Virus record (IMG/VR): IMGVR_UViG_2778261691_000003 | Coordinates: 1 to 19,783 of that record | Length of the DNA stretch: 19,783 nt | Source: a virus | Lineage: Duplodnaviria; Heunggongvirae; Uroviricota; Caudoviricetes | Reading direction: 5' to 3' (one strand) | Shown: positions 7,741-14,979 of the stretch, one piece after another | How positions within the stretch are numbered: position 1 is the first letter of the stretch | How the letters are laid out: each line of letters starts with the position of its first letter | Notes under the pieces: generated by a model | Told to the model about the DNA's origin: nothing | The model's input: only the letters and a program-made list of their open reading frames with translations | Databases searched by the model: none | Translations under genes and position numbers: made by a program

Positions 7741-9117
7741 TCATACGTCAGCCCCTTGTGCATATCGTCTGCCACGCGCAGCAGGTGCATTTGATGCTGT
7801 GCAAATCTGTCTGGCTTCATCCTGGTCACATGCAACAAAGTGTCCGTTACAGAACCGCTGGTAAACCGTACCAAGTGAGCCAAAACGGTTTTTCGTCACG
7901 ATGATTTCAGCAAATGGCGCGGCGCTACTGTTCTCGTCATATACCGCTTCCCGATAGAGCATGATGATTGAGTCTGCGTCCTGCTCAATGCTTCCTGAAT
8001 CACGCAAATCTGCGTTTGTCGGGCGTTTGTTTGGTCGCTTCTCAACATCGCGCGAAAGCTGACTTAGGGAGATAACAGGCGTTTTCAGGTCTTTCGCCAT
8101 CGCCTTCAGGCTTCCTGAGATGTGAGCAATTGCGAGGTCGTTGCGGTCTGCTTTCGGCTTCTCAATCAGGCCAAGATAATCCGCCATGATGAGTGACAGG
8201 TTTGGATTTTCCTGTTTGTGCCGCTCTGCGATTGAGCGAATTTCTTCTACCGATAACCGCGAGGCATCGACTACCCATACATCCAAATCTGCAAGCTGAC
8301 TCATGCCGTTAGCAACACGCGCCCAGCCTTCGTCATCCATCGATGCAGGATTTCGCAGTACGCTAACCGACATCCTCCCGGCGTTGGCAATGCTTCGCTC
8401 TGCAATCTGCAATGCGCTCATTTCCATTGAGAAAATCAATACCCCGCGCCGGACGTCAGAACCAGGAATAACGCGGCTTGCAACGCCTTCGGCAATCTTC
8501 AGCGCCAGCTCGGTTTTCCCCATACCAGGACGAGCAGCGATTATCACCAGGTCTTCCGCGTTCATCCCTCCGGTGATGGCATCAAGTTCTTCGATTCCGG
8601 TCTTCAGGGTATCTGACTCTTCTCCGTTCCTCAGACGCCTGTCAAGCGTGTCAGTGTAGTCGGTGATGATTTCCCCTAACCGTACCGGCTTAACCTCGTC
8701 ACGGGGCTTTCTGATGGCTGAAAGACGCTTTACAAGCTCATCCATCGCCTGACTCGATGCGTCGATGGTTCCGCTCTGAATTGGTTCACGCATTTCATCC
8801 ATGATTTCCAGCACCAGACGGCGGTGATAGTTATCCGCGACCATTCCGGCATATCCCTTCAGGTTTGCGGCACTCGGGCAGTTTTTGCTGGTCATCAGGA
8901 TTGACGTGAAATGCTCCTCTCCGCACGCCTCGGCAACCATCAGCGCATCGATTAGGTTTCTGTTTCTCGCCTGCTTGCGGATAACCTCGAAGGCTTTCCG
9001 GTAGAGCGGAATTGAAAACGCTTCCGGCTCCAGCGTTGCCAGAACGTCGCTGGCGGTTGGAGTTAATCCACCAATCAGCAGGCCACCGATAACGCTCGCT
9101 TCGATATCCTGTCTCAT
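7741..9117 (-). CDS. DnaB-family replicative DNA helicase (phage-encoded, in place of lambda P)
   Basis: 458 aa with Walker [17 protein letters not shown] and DnaB-like C-terminal region; ATG overlaps the O stop (ATGA). Confidence 0.9.
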   Translation of the reverse strand: MRQDIEASVIGGLLIGGLTPTASDVLATLEPEAFSIPLYRKAFEVIRKQARNRNLIDALMVAEACGEEHFTSILMTSKNCPSAANLKGYAGMVADNYHRRLVLEIMDEMREPIQSGTIDASSQAMDELVKRLSAIRKPRDEVKPVRLGEIITDYTDTLDRRLRNGEESDTLKTGIEELDAITGGMNAEDLVIIAARPGMGKTELALKIAEGVASRVIPGSDVRRGVLIFSMEMSALQIAERSIANAGRMSVSVLRNPASMDDEGWARVANGMSQLADLDVWVVDASRLSVEEIRSIAERHKQENPNLSLIMADYLGLIEKPKADRNDLAIAHISGSLKAMAKDLKTPVISLSQLSRDVEKRPNKRPTNADLRDSGSIEQDADSIIMLYREAVYDENSSAAPFAEIIVTKNRFGSLGTVYQRFCNGHFVACDQDEARQICTASNAPAARGRRYAQGADV

Positions 9118-9944
9118 GCAATCCCCCTGTCTGCAAACTTCCCTTCCCGTACTCCCGTTAACGAATCTTCCCTCAGCAGGTAATCAAAATCTGCCGTCCA
9201 GCCAGTGTCGTTGTCTCCGAAGTAAAACGGCTTGGCCTGATGCACAAACGCCCTGACATACGCTCTGAAACCGTCCACGTTTGGCGTTTTCAGTTGTGGG
9301 ATGATTTTCTTCAGGCGGCGTTTGCGTTTCTCGTTGACCGCAACAGCGTGTGGCAGTCTGTCACCGACTTCGGTGTTGTAGGCGTTCAGGAAGGATTCGT
9401 AGTCGATTCGTTCTGCCTTGCGCCGTTCAGGTTTAACCTGCCCATCGCCGCCCCCGTTAGGGGGTAAGGGGGTATTTGTATTTATTGTCTTTTGTATATT
9501 GTCTTTTGTGTTTGACTGATTCGGTAAATTGCTTTTTACCGATTTGGTGAAGCTTTGTTTTACCGAATTAGTAAATGTTTTACCGAATCCGTTAACTTTC
9601 GTTTTCCACTCGGAAATGTTTGTATTCATACCAACTTGACGCCCCACCTGAATGAGAACTCCCATTCTGATAAGCTCGTTTTTGGCGGTAGAGCATTTGG
9701 TTGGTGCCATGCCAGTGAGTTCAGCGAACTGTTCGTTTCCGATCCAATCTATTTTTTTGTTGTAACCGTATGTCTTGCGCCACACAGCCATAACAATCAG
9801 TAACTGATGTAGAGTAAGCCCAGAAAGCATGGCGGCTTCTAACAGTGTGTTTGCAGTCCGAGTGTAGCCATCTTCGAGTTCTGCCACGCGATGCTCCACG
9901 ACCTCCAGTTGAGGCCTGTAATCAGCTAACTTAACGACGCCCAT
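9114..9944 (-). CDS. O: replication initiator, O-like (lambda O-type N-terminal origin-binding domain, different C-terminal domain)
   Basis: 276 aa; [46 protein letters not shown] resembles the lambda O N-terminus; AGGAG lies upstream of ATG 9942-9944; iteron DNA lies in the linker-coding part of the gene. Confidence 0.85.
   Translation of the reverse strand: MGVVKLADYRPQLEVVEHRVAELEDGYTRTANTLLEAAMLSGLTLHQLLIVMAVWRKTYGYNKKIDWIGNEQFAELTGMAPTKCSTAKNELIRMGVLIQVGRQVGMNTNISEWKTKVNGFGKTFTNSVKQSFTKSVKSNLPNQSNTKDNIQKTINTNTPLPPNGGGDGQVKPERRKAERIDYESFLNAYNTEVGDRLPHAVAVNEKRKRRLKKIIPQLKTPNVDGFRAYVRAFVHQAKPFYFGDNDTGWTADFDYLLREDSLTGVREGKFADRGIA
9470..9600. other. replication origin inside the O gene: AT-rich repeats plus four iteron-like TTACCGAAT-type motifs
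   Basis: attgtcttttgt occurs twice (9483-9494, 9498-9509) in an AT-rich block; ATTCGGTAA at 9520-9528 and the inverse TTACCGAT/TTACCGAAT at 9537, 9560 and 9580, spaced about 20 bp apart. Confidence 0.6.
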
Positions 9945-10092
9945 GTTTCACTCCTGCTTTGGCTAGTCTGTAAACACCAACAAGGCGCTCTGCGAACGCC
10001 CTGTTATTTGCTGCGGCTACCACCAATCCCTCAGGTGAATCAGGGTGTCGAATCTCTTCTTTTTCCTGGTATTTCTTACGACGTTTTGCCAT
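9931..10092 (-). CDS. small basic ORF (53 aa) between cII and O
   Basis: ATG 10090-10092 preceded by CAGGAGTAATT, which resembles the lambda O ribosome-binding site as recalled; my translation [53 protein letters not shown]; its end overlaps the real O start by 14 nt. Below the 60-aa ORF-track cutoff. Confidence 0.35.
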   Translation of the reverse strand: MAKRRKKYQEKEEIRHPDSPEGLVVAAANNRAFAERLVGVYRLAKAGVKHGRR

Positions 10093-10100
10093 AATTACTC

Positions 10101-10178
10101 CTGTGGATTGATCCAGTAATGACCTCAGAACTCCATCTGGATTTGTTCAGAACGCTCGGTTGCCGCCGGGCGTTTTTT
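10101..10178 (+). ncRNA. oop: oop-like antisense RNA overlapping the cII 3' end (coordinates approximate)
   Basis: Plus-strand terminator GCUCGG-UUGCCG-CCGGGC + UUUUUU (10154-10178) sits in DNA that reads like the lambda cII 3' end / oop terminator as recalled; the 5' end is inferred from the lambda oop length, not seen. Confidence 0.5.
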
Positions 10179-10421
10179 ATTGGTGAGTCCATCAAGCGCA
10201 TACTTAAAAGCCCTGCTAATCGGACTGATGTCTGATGCCATTCCGAAAGCACACAAGACCGAAGCAATAAATCTCCAGTCCGTTCTGCTTATCTTCGATT
10301 CATGACAGCCAATCATCTTTGCCAGACCGCGCTGGGTAAGCGTTGACAGGTTGATGAGTAAATCTGTTTCTGCGCGATCAATTTCTCGCTGTGTTGGCTT
10401 GCTGTAACTTGCTTGTGTCAT
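10125..10421 (-). CDS. cII: CII transcriptional activator (chimeric: non-lambda N-terminal part, lambda-type C-terminus)
   Basis: 98 aa; the C-terminus TNKKRPAATERSEQIQMEF is the lambda CII C-terminus, while the first ~78 residues differ from lambda. Confidence 0.8.
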   Translation of the reverse strand: MTQASYSKPTQREIDRAETDLLINLSTLTQRGLAKMIGCHESKISRTDWRFIASVLCAFGMASDISPISRAFKYALDGLTNKKRPAATERSEQIQMEF

Positions 10422-10505
10422 TTGTTAATTTTCCAATAGTGAATAGTTAGTTGAAAGGTATGCGTGGAAACGCATATGGCCTTAGTTGGTCAGATATCTT
10501 GGGGC

Positions 10506-10551
10506 TCGCTTTGTCAGCGACGTAGGACGAATGTCCATTGTGAAAAGAGCG
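10506..10551 (-). promoter_or_regulatory. nutR-like site (boxA CGCTCTTTT, boxB hairpin with UGACAAA loop)
   Basis: Minus strand reads CGCTCTTTTCACAATGGACATTCGTCCTACG-TCGCTGACAAAGCGA between cro and cII; the boxB loop matches the P22/21-type boxB recalled from memory, not lambda boxB. Confidence 0.55.
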
Positions 10552-10558
10552 GTGTTAC

Positions 10559-10768
<210 letters not shown>

Positions 10769-10783
10769 TTAGTACATGCAACC

Positions 10784-10853
10784 ATTATCACCGCTAGAGG
10801 TAAAATAGTCAACACGCACGGTGTTAGATATTTATCCCTTGCGGTGATAGATT
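10784..10853. promoter_or_regulatory. right operator region: OR1-OR2-OR3 with divergent PR (towards cro) and PRM (towards cI)
   Basis: OR1 10786-10802 (TATCACCGCTAGAGGTA), OR2 10810-10826 (CAACACGCACGGTGTTA), OR3 10832-10848 (TATCCCTTGCGGTGATA). PR -35 TTGACT and -10 GATAAT on the minus strand; PRM -35 TAGATA and -10 TAGATT on the plus strand. Confidence 0.85.
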
Positions 10854-10856
10854 TAA

Positions 10857-11573
<717 letters not shown>

Positions 11574-11760
11574 AGGCGAAGCAGCAATTGGTTTGATTTG
11601 GTATTGCTATTTTTTCTCTAAAGTTGTTGAGCATTTTTCCGGTAGATAAAAATAGACGCAAATTTACATGATTTTTTGTGCTGTATTGCTTGCTGAAAGC
11701 TAGGTTTTGCGTAAACTTCAATTACTCAAATTAGAGTAAACAACATATAGGACACCCCAC

Positions 11761-11982
11761 ATGAAAAAATCTGCAAAGCACTTTTTCAGCGCTATGGGCT
11801 CTATCCTTGACCTTTGCCCAGCAGGTAGCTACAGCGAGTATCATTCAAATGCTACAGACATCGACCTTATCAACTCAGATTGGGTTAAGGTAGGTAGTTA
11901 CGTTAGAGACGCTGTAACTGATAATGAGCAGAAAAAAATCCCAAAGAAAGCTTCAAACCGCCGCACCGAGAAATCTTGTTAA
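11761..11982 (+). CDS. hypothetical protein, ORF-A of the rex-slot cassette (likely N-terminal part of a frameshifted gene)
   Basis: 73 aa ORF with AGGA 8 nt upstream of the ATG; ends 58 nt after the start of the overlapping ORF-B; an A7 tract at 11932-11938 lies in the overlap. Confidence 0.45.
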   Translation: MKKSAKHFFSAMGSILDLCPAGSYSEYHSNATDIDLINSDWVKVGSYVRDAVTDNEQKKIPKKASNRRTEKSC

Positions 11983-12457
11983 CCAACCAACTCCGTTAGG
12001 GCGAGTTCAAGACGGTAAAACCGAACTGCTTATAAATGAGGTCGCAAAGAACCCTCAAGTTCTTGAGCGCCTCATGGACAGGCCAGATCTAGCTGGCATC
12101 ATGATGCAGGTGACTCACACTAGATCAGGGCCACTCCCAGACGCTGACGAATTAGCTAAGTACGAAAGAATATCTCCAGGATTCGCTCGCGAAATAATGG
12201 ACATGGCTAAGGCTGAGCAAAAACACAGACACGAGTATTACAAAGCAGGACAGAGGGGAGCAATTTGGCGAGATCGACTCGGACAGATCTTTGCGATGAC
12301 TTCTGTCTTTGTTTTCGCAGGAATTGCTTACAAGATGATTCAGCACGAGGCTTATGGCTGGGCTACCGGGCTTCTTGGTGCTGAGTTAGTTGCTTTAACT
12401 AGCGTGTTTATAATTGGAAGAAGAGACAAACCGAATCCAAAGCAAACTAAAAAATGA
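11924..12457 (+). CDS. membrane protein with two C-terminal TM helices (DUF2335-like motif), ORF-B of the rex-slot cassette
   Basis: 177 aa in the +1 frame relative to ORF-A, with no obvious RBS of its own; motif PLPDADELAKYERISPGFAREIMDMAKAEQKHRH followed by hydrophobic helices LGQIFAMTSVFVFAGIAY and GWATGLLGAELVALTSVFIIG. Confidence 0.55.
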   Translation: MSRKKSQRKLQTAAPRNLVNQPTPLGRVQDGKTELLINEVAKNPQVLERLMDRPDLAGIMMQVTHTRSGPLPDADELAKYERISPGFAREIMDMAKAEQKHRHEYYKAGQRGAIWRDRLGQIFAMTSVFVFAGIAYKMIQHEAYGWATGLLGAELVALTSVFIIGRRDKPNPKQTKK

Positions 12458-12460
12458 GAC

Positions 12461-12489
12461 AACCCGGCCTCAGCGCCGGGTTTTCTTTG
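12461..12489 (+). terminator. rho-independent terminator ending the cI / rex-slot transcription unit
   Basis: Stem AACCCGGC / GCCGGGTT (8 bp, 6-nt loop) followed by UUUUCUUUG. Confidence 0.7.
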
Positions 12490-12640
12490 CCGCACGTTCG
12501 CCCCAAAACACATAACCAATTGTATTTATTTGAAAATTAATAGATACAACTCACTAAACATCGCAATTCAGATCTCTCGATCACCTCCCAAGCCACACAC
12601 CCCTGCAAAAAAAATAAATCTATATAAAAAACATACAGAT

Positions 12641-12703
12641 AACCATCTGCGGTGATAAATTATCTCTGGCGGTGTTGACATAAATACCACTGGCGGTGAT
12701 ACT
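12641..12703 (+). promoter_or_regulatory. left operator region OL3-OL2-OL1 with pL promoter
   Basis: OL3 12641-12657 (AACCATCTGCGGTGATA), OL2 12661-12677 (TATCTCTGGCGGTGTTG), OL1 12685-12701 (TACCACTGGCGGTGATA); -35 TTGACA 12675-12680, -10 GATACT 12698-12703; these match lambda OL/pL, and the sequence diverges from lambda downstream. Confidence 0.85.
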
Positions 12704-12771
12704 AAACACATCAGCAGGACGCACTACTCACCAGGGCGGTGAATATACAACGATTCGAATATGAATCTACG

Positions 12772-12786
12772 GCGCTGACAAAGCGC
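12772..12786 (+). promoter_or_regulatory. nutL boxB-like hairpin (GCGC-UGACAAA-GCGC)
   Basis: GCGCTGACAAAGCGC lies ~70 nt downstream of pL; same loop as the nutR boxB here and as the P22-type boxB recalled from memory; no clear boxA found. Confidence 0.5.
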
Positions 12787-12951
12787 AATAACCAAAGTGA
12801 ACTTTGGGGTGTGGTGAAGGGTTCATGGACGGGAATATGTCGCACGTAAAGCGGCGAGGCCTGCGGGACTATTGCCGAATTGAAGTAGGCCGAAACAGGT
12901 CGAAATGGGTCTCCCACCTACCACACCACCAAAGTTCATCAGGAGGTCTAT

Positions 12952-13335
12952 ATGACACGCAGAACTCAGTTCAAAGGCAATTCACGTTCTCGTCGTCGTG
13001 AGCGTTTAAAGGCAAAGGCATTAGCTAACGGCGTACTGGCCCGCGAAGAAGCAATAAGTTCAGAAGTATTACACCGCCCTACTCTAAGCAGAGCGCAGAT
13101 TCAGGCTAAAGGTACTCACGAAACGCCTGAGCGCATAGAAGACGCTAAGCCAATTAAGTTCATGGCACAGGACGTGATCTGGCAACAGAAAGAATACAGA
13201 CGCAATCTGGAGAGAGCGGCCATTGTGTACGCGAATGAGTTTGGACATAAGCAACCAGAAACTGGTGTATGTCTTCCAAACGTAGCCATTTACTCGGCAG
13301 GATACCGGAAATCAAAACAACTGACAGCGAGGTAA
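12952..13335 (+). CDS. N: antiterminator N (P22 gp24 / phage 21 type)
   Basis: 127 aa; arginine-rich N-terminus TRRTQFKGNSRSRRRERLKAKALANG and C-terminus AIYSAGYRKSKQLTAR resemble P22 gene 24 as recalled; preceded by CAGGAGG. Confidence 0.8.
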   Translation: MTRRTQFKGNSRSRRRERLKAKALANGVLAREEAISSEVLHRPTLSRAQIQAKGTHETPERIEDAKPIKFMAQDVIWQQKEYRRNLERAAIVYANEFGHKQPETGVCLPNVAIYSAGYRKSKQLTAR

Positions 13336-13338
13336 GTG

Positions 13339-13563
13339 ATGAATCAGACATACATTCCATCATGCTTGAGAAATCTGCCAAAGCAGAAAGCAAAGCCACG
13401 CAAGCAAGCCATAAAGGACGCTAAGTCAGAGGTTATTGATCAAGCAATACAATTGCTCAGGGAGGAGTTAAGAAGTGGCAAGCTCGAAGGAATGATGATG
13501 CCCTATCAGCGCGGATATCTTTCGGCGATTAGTAAGCTGGAAGTATTGAAGAGTGAATTATGA
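13339..13563 (+). CDS. hypothetical basic, coiled-coil protein (74 aa)
   Basis: ATG 13339 with GAGG 6 nt upstream, immediately after the N stop; no recognisable family. Confidence 0.5.
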   Translation: MNQTYIPSCLRNLPKQKAKPRKQAIKDAKSEVIDQAIQLLREELRSGKLEGMMMPYQRGYLSAISKLEVLKSEL

Positions 13564-13625
13564 ACTATCTGGAATTTCCGGATGGTTCATTGTTTTGGCA
13601 GCAAACCACTTATTTTAGGTGATAT

Positions 13626-14075
13626 ATGGAAGAACAAGCAAACAAGATTCTCGTAGAACTATTGCAAAAAGCCAGTAATGGAATAGACGCGGCTGTTTCA
13701 TTTAGCCAGGCACAGATTCCTGATGTTATCCATCAGTTGCTGCTATGGAATATGGTTGACAGTCTGATTAAAACATTAATAGCCATTCTAACAATCCCAC
13801 TGGTTTTCTGGTTTATGAAGAAGCAGTGCCAAAGAGTTGAGATAGGTAAAATCGGTAATGAAGGATATTCATGGGAGAAGGGAAATCCCAAATACAGGCC
13901 GACAATGGTTTGGGATAGCAAAGGTGATATTAATCTTCTTATCATGCCATTGGTTGGAGTTTTGACTCTGTGGGGGATTTTTATTATTGGTGCAGTAACC
14001 AATATGACTTGGTTAAAAATTTGGCTGGCCCCAAAGCTTTACCTTATCGAATATGCAGCATCATTGGTTAAGTAA
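13626..14075 (+). CDS. two-TM membrane protein, candidate superinfection-exclusion protein (SieB-like)
   Basis: 149 aa; hydrophobic helices LIKTLIAILTIPLVFWF and INLLIMPLVGVLTLWGIFIIGAV; lies between N and cIII-like, where lambda and P22 carry sieB. Assignment is by topology and position only. Confidence 0.45.
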   Translation: MEEQANKILVELLQKASNGIDAAVSFSQAQIPDVIHQLLLWNMVDSLIKTLIAILTIPLVFWFMKKQCQRVEIGKIGNEGYSWEKGNPKYRPTMVWDSKGDINLLIMPLVGVLTLWGIFIIGAVTNMTWLKIWLAPKLYLIEYAASLVK

Positions 14076-14224
14076 TTTCAGGCCACATAGTCGGCCTTTA
14101 TTTTTGGCATAAACAACAGAATAAACACTGCACTGTGTATTCATTCCAACGAGTGAATACACGGAGCAATGTCGCTCGTAACTAAACAGGAGCCGACTTG
14201 TTCTGATTATTGGAAATCTTCTTT

Positions 14225-14248
14225 GCCCTCCAGTGTGAGGGCTTTTTT
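14225..14248 (+). terminator. rho-independent terminator
   Basis: Stem GCCCTC / GAGGGC (6-nt loop) followed by UUUUUU; a weaker hairpin plus U-run also lies at 14080-14106. Confidence 0.65.
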
Positions 14249-14314
14249 ATATGCATACCAATAACGCTTCACTCGAGGCGTTTTCGTTATGCAATCAAAT
14301 ATAAGGAGTTACCC

Positions 14315-14449
14315 ATGATGCACTTTCAGCTCGCGGGTAGCGGCGTCATGTCCGCTTTCTACCCGCACGAATCTGAATTATCACGCCGAGTTAAACAATT
14401 AATCAGAGCAGCAAAGAAACAACTGGAGGCGTTATGCGCAATGAAATAG
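14315..14449 (+). CDS. cIII: CIII-like small protein (FtsH inhibitor family), 44 aa
   Basis: AAGGAG 6 nt upstream of ATGATG; MMHFQLAGSGVMSAFYPHESELSRRVKQLIRAAKKQLEAL aligns with the lambda CIII pattern (AG..VAG.PSESLLERITRKLRDGWKRLIDIL) from memory. Confidence 0.55.
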   Translation: MMHFQLAGSGVMSAFYPHESELSRRVKQLIRAAKKQLEALCAMK

Positions 14450-14586
14450 CCATTAATCACCAGATGCTTCGTGCTGCACAGAACAAAGCAGTAATAGCCC
14501 GATTTATTGGTGATTCAAAAATGTGGCTTGAAGCAAATAAAGCGATGAAATCAGCTATCAACCTTCCGTGGTATCGCAGGAAATGA
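14434..14586 (+). CDS. Kil-like small protein (50 aa)
   Basis: GGAGG 5 nt upstream of ATG 14434; MRNEIAINHQMLRAAQNKAVIARFIGDSKMWLEANKAMKSAINLPWYRRK; the FIGD.KM core resembles lambda Kil as I recall it. Below the ORF-track cutoff. Confidence 0.4.
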   Translation: MRNEIAINHQMLRAAQNKAVIARFIGDSKMWLEANKAMKSAINLPWYRRK

Positions 14587-14690
14587 GTTTTACAGATAAC
14601 TGGTCAGACGAAGAATTCATTCGTCAGATGAAAGAAATGCTCAATCAGCACAAAGAACAGGAGAAAGATGATGATTCTGACTCTGAATGA
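14583..14690 (+). CDS. small acidic ORF (35 aa), translationally coupled
   Basis: Its ATG overlaps the Kil-like stop (ATGA); my translation MSFTDNWSDEEFIRQMKEMLNQHKEQEKDDDSDSE; overlaps the next gene by 23 nt; no RBS of its own. Confidence 0.25.
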   Translation: MSFTDNWSDEEFIRQMKEMLNQHKEQEKDDDSDSE

Positions 14691-14979
14691 TAAGCGTGAA
14701 ATATCGCAAATAATCGCAAGTTTTACTGATGAAGATTACGAACGAATCAACAGTGAAGTTGATCGCCTCTGCAAACGTTGCGACCCAATAAGCGAAATGC
14801 TTCGCTCATATAAACCAGATGAACACACTAAGGACGCTATCGACTGGCTGGAAGATGATGACTGTAACTATCAGGAAAAAGCCGCTGAATGGTTCTGGGA
14901 TGCAATAACCGAAAGAGTTAAGGCTGAATATGCCTTCGCAATATTCAAACGCAGACACATTTTTGGAGAAGCTGCATGA
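14668..14979 (+). CDS. hypothetical protein (103 aa) immediately upstream of recT
   Basis: AGGAG 5 nt upstream of ATG 14668; its stop overlaps the recT start (ATGA). Confidence 0.5.
   Translation: MMILTLNDKREISQIIASFTDEDYERINSEVDRLCKRCDPISEMLRSYKPDEHTKDAIDWLEDDDCNYQEKAAEWFWDAITERVKAEYAFAIFKRRHIFGEAA

Noticed and set aside
8303-9136. ORFs 8303..8659 (+) and 8831..9136 (-)
   Set aside because: Both lie inside the DnaB-like helicase gene in antisense or alternative frames; GC-rich region giving long spurious frames.
9240-9803. Plus-strand ORFs 9240..9467 and 9555..9803
   Set aside because: Antisense to the O gene; the second spans the iteron and AT-rich origin DNA.
10076-10267. Minus-strand 63-aa ORF overlapping the cII 3' end in another frame
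   Set aside because: Overlaps the lambda-type cII C-terminus and the oop region; the cII frame is the one supported by identity to the known protein.
10460-10475. Hairpin ATGCGT-TTCC-ACGCAT downstream of cro, considered as a tR1 terminator
   Set aside because: Not followed by a U-run on the cro-strand transcript; lambda tR1 is rho-dependent, so no intrinsic terminator is called.
11583-11615. Weak AT-rich hairpin (AGCAAT...ATTGCT) plus T-run just after the cI stop, considered as a terminator
   Set aside because: The 6-bp A/T-rich stem with a 14-nt loop is too weak to call; a stop here would also conflict with cotranscription of the rex-slot cassette with cI.
12152-12346. Minus-strand 64-aa ORF
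   Set aside because: Antisense inside ORF-B of the rex-slot cassette; no RBS.
12711-13001. ORFs 12711..12917 (-) and 12804..13001 (+)
   Set aside because: They lie in the pL leader and nutL region, which is better explained as structured untranslated leader; 12804..13001 runs into the N start in another frame.
13160-14002. Minus-strand ORFs 13160..13399 and 13733..14002
   Set aside because: Antisense to N and to the membrane-protein gene.
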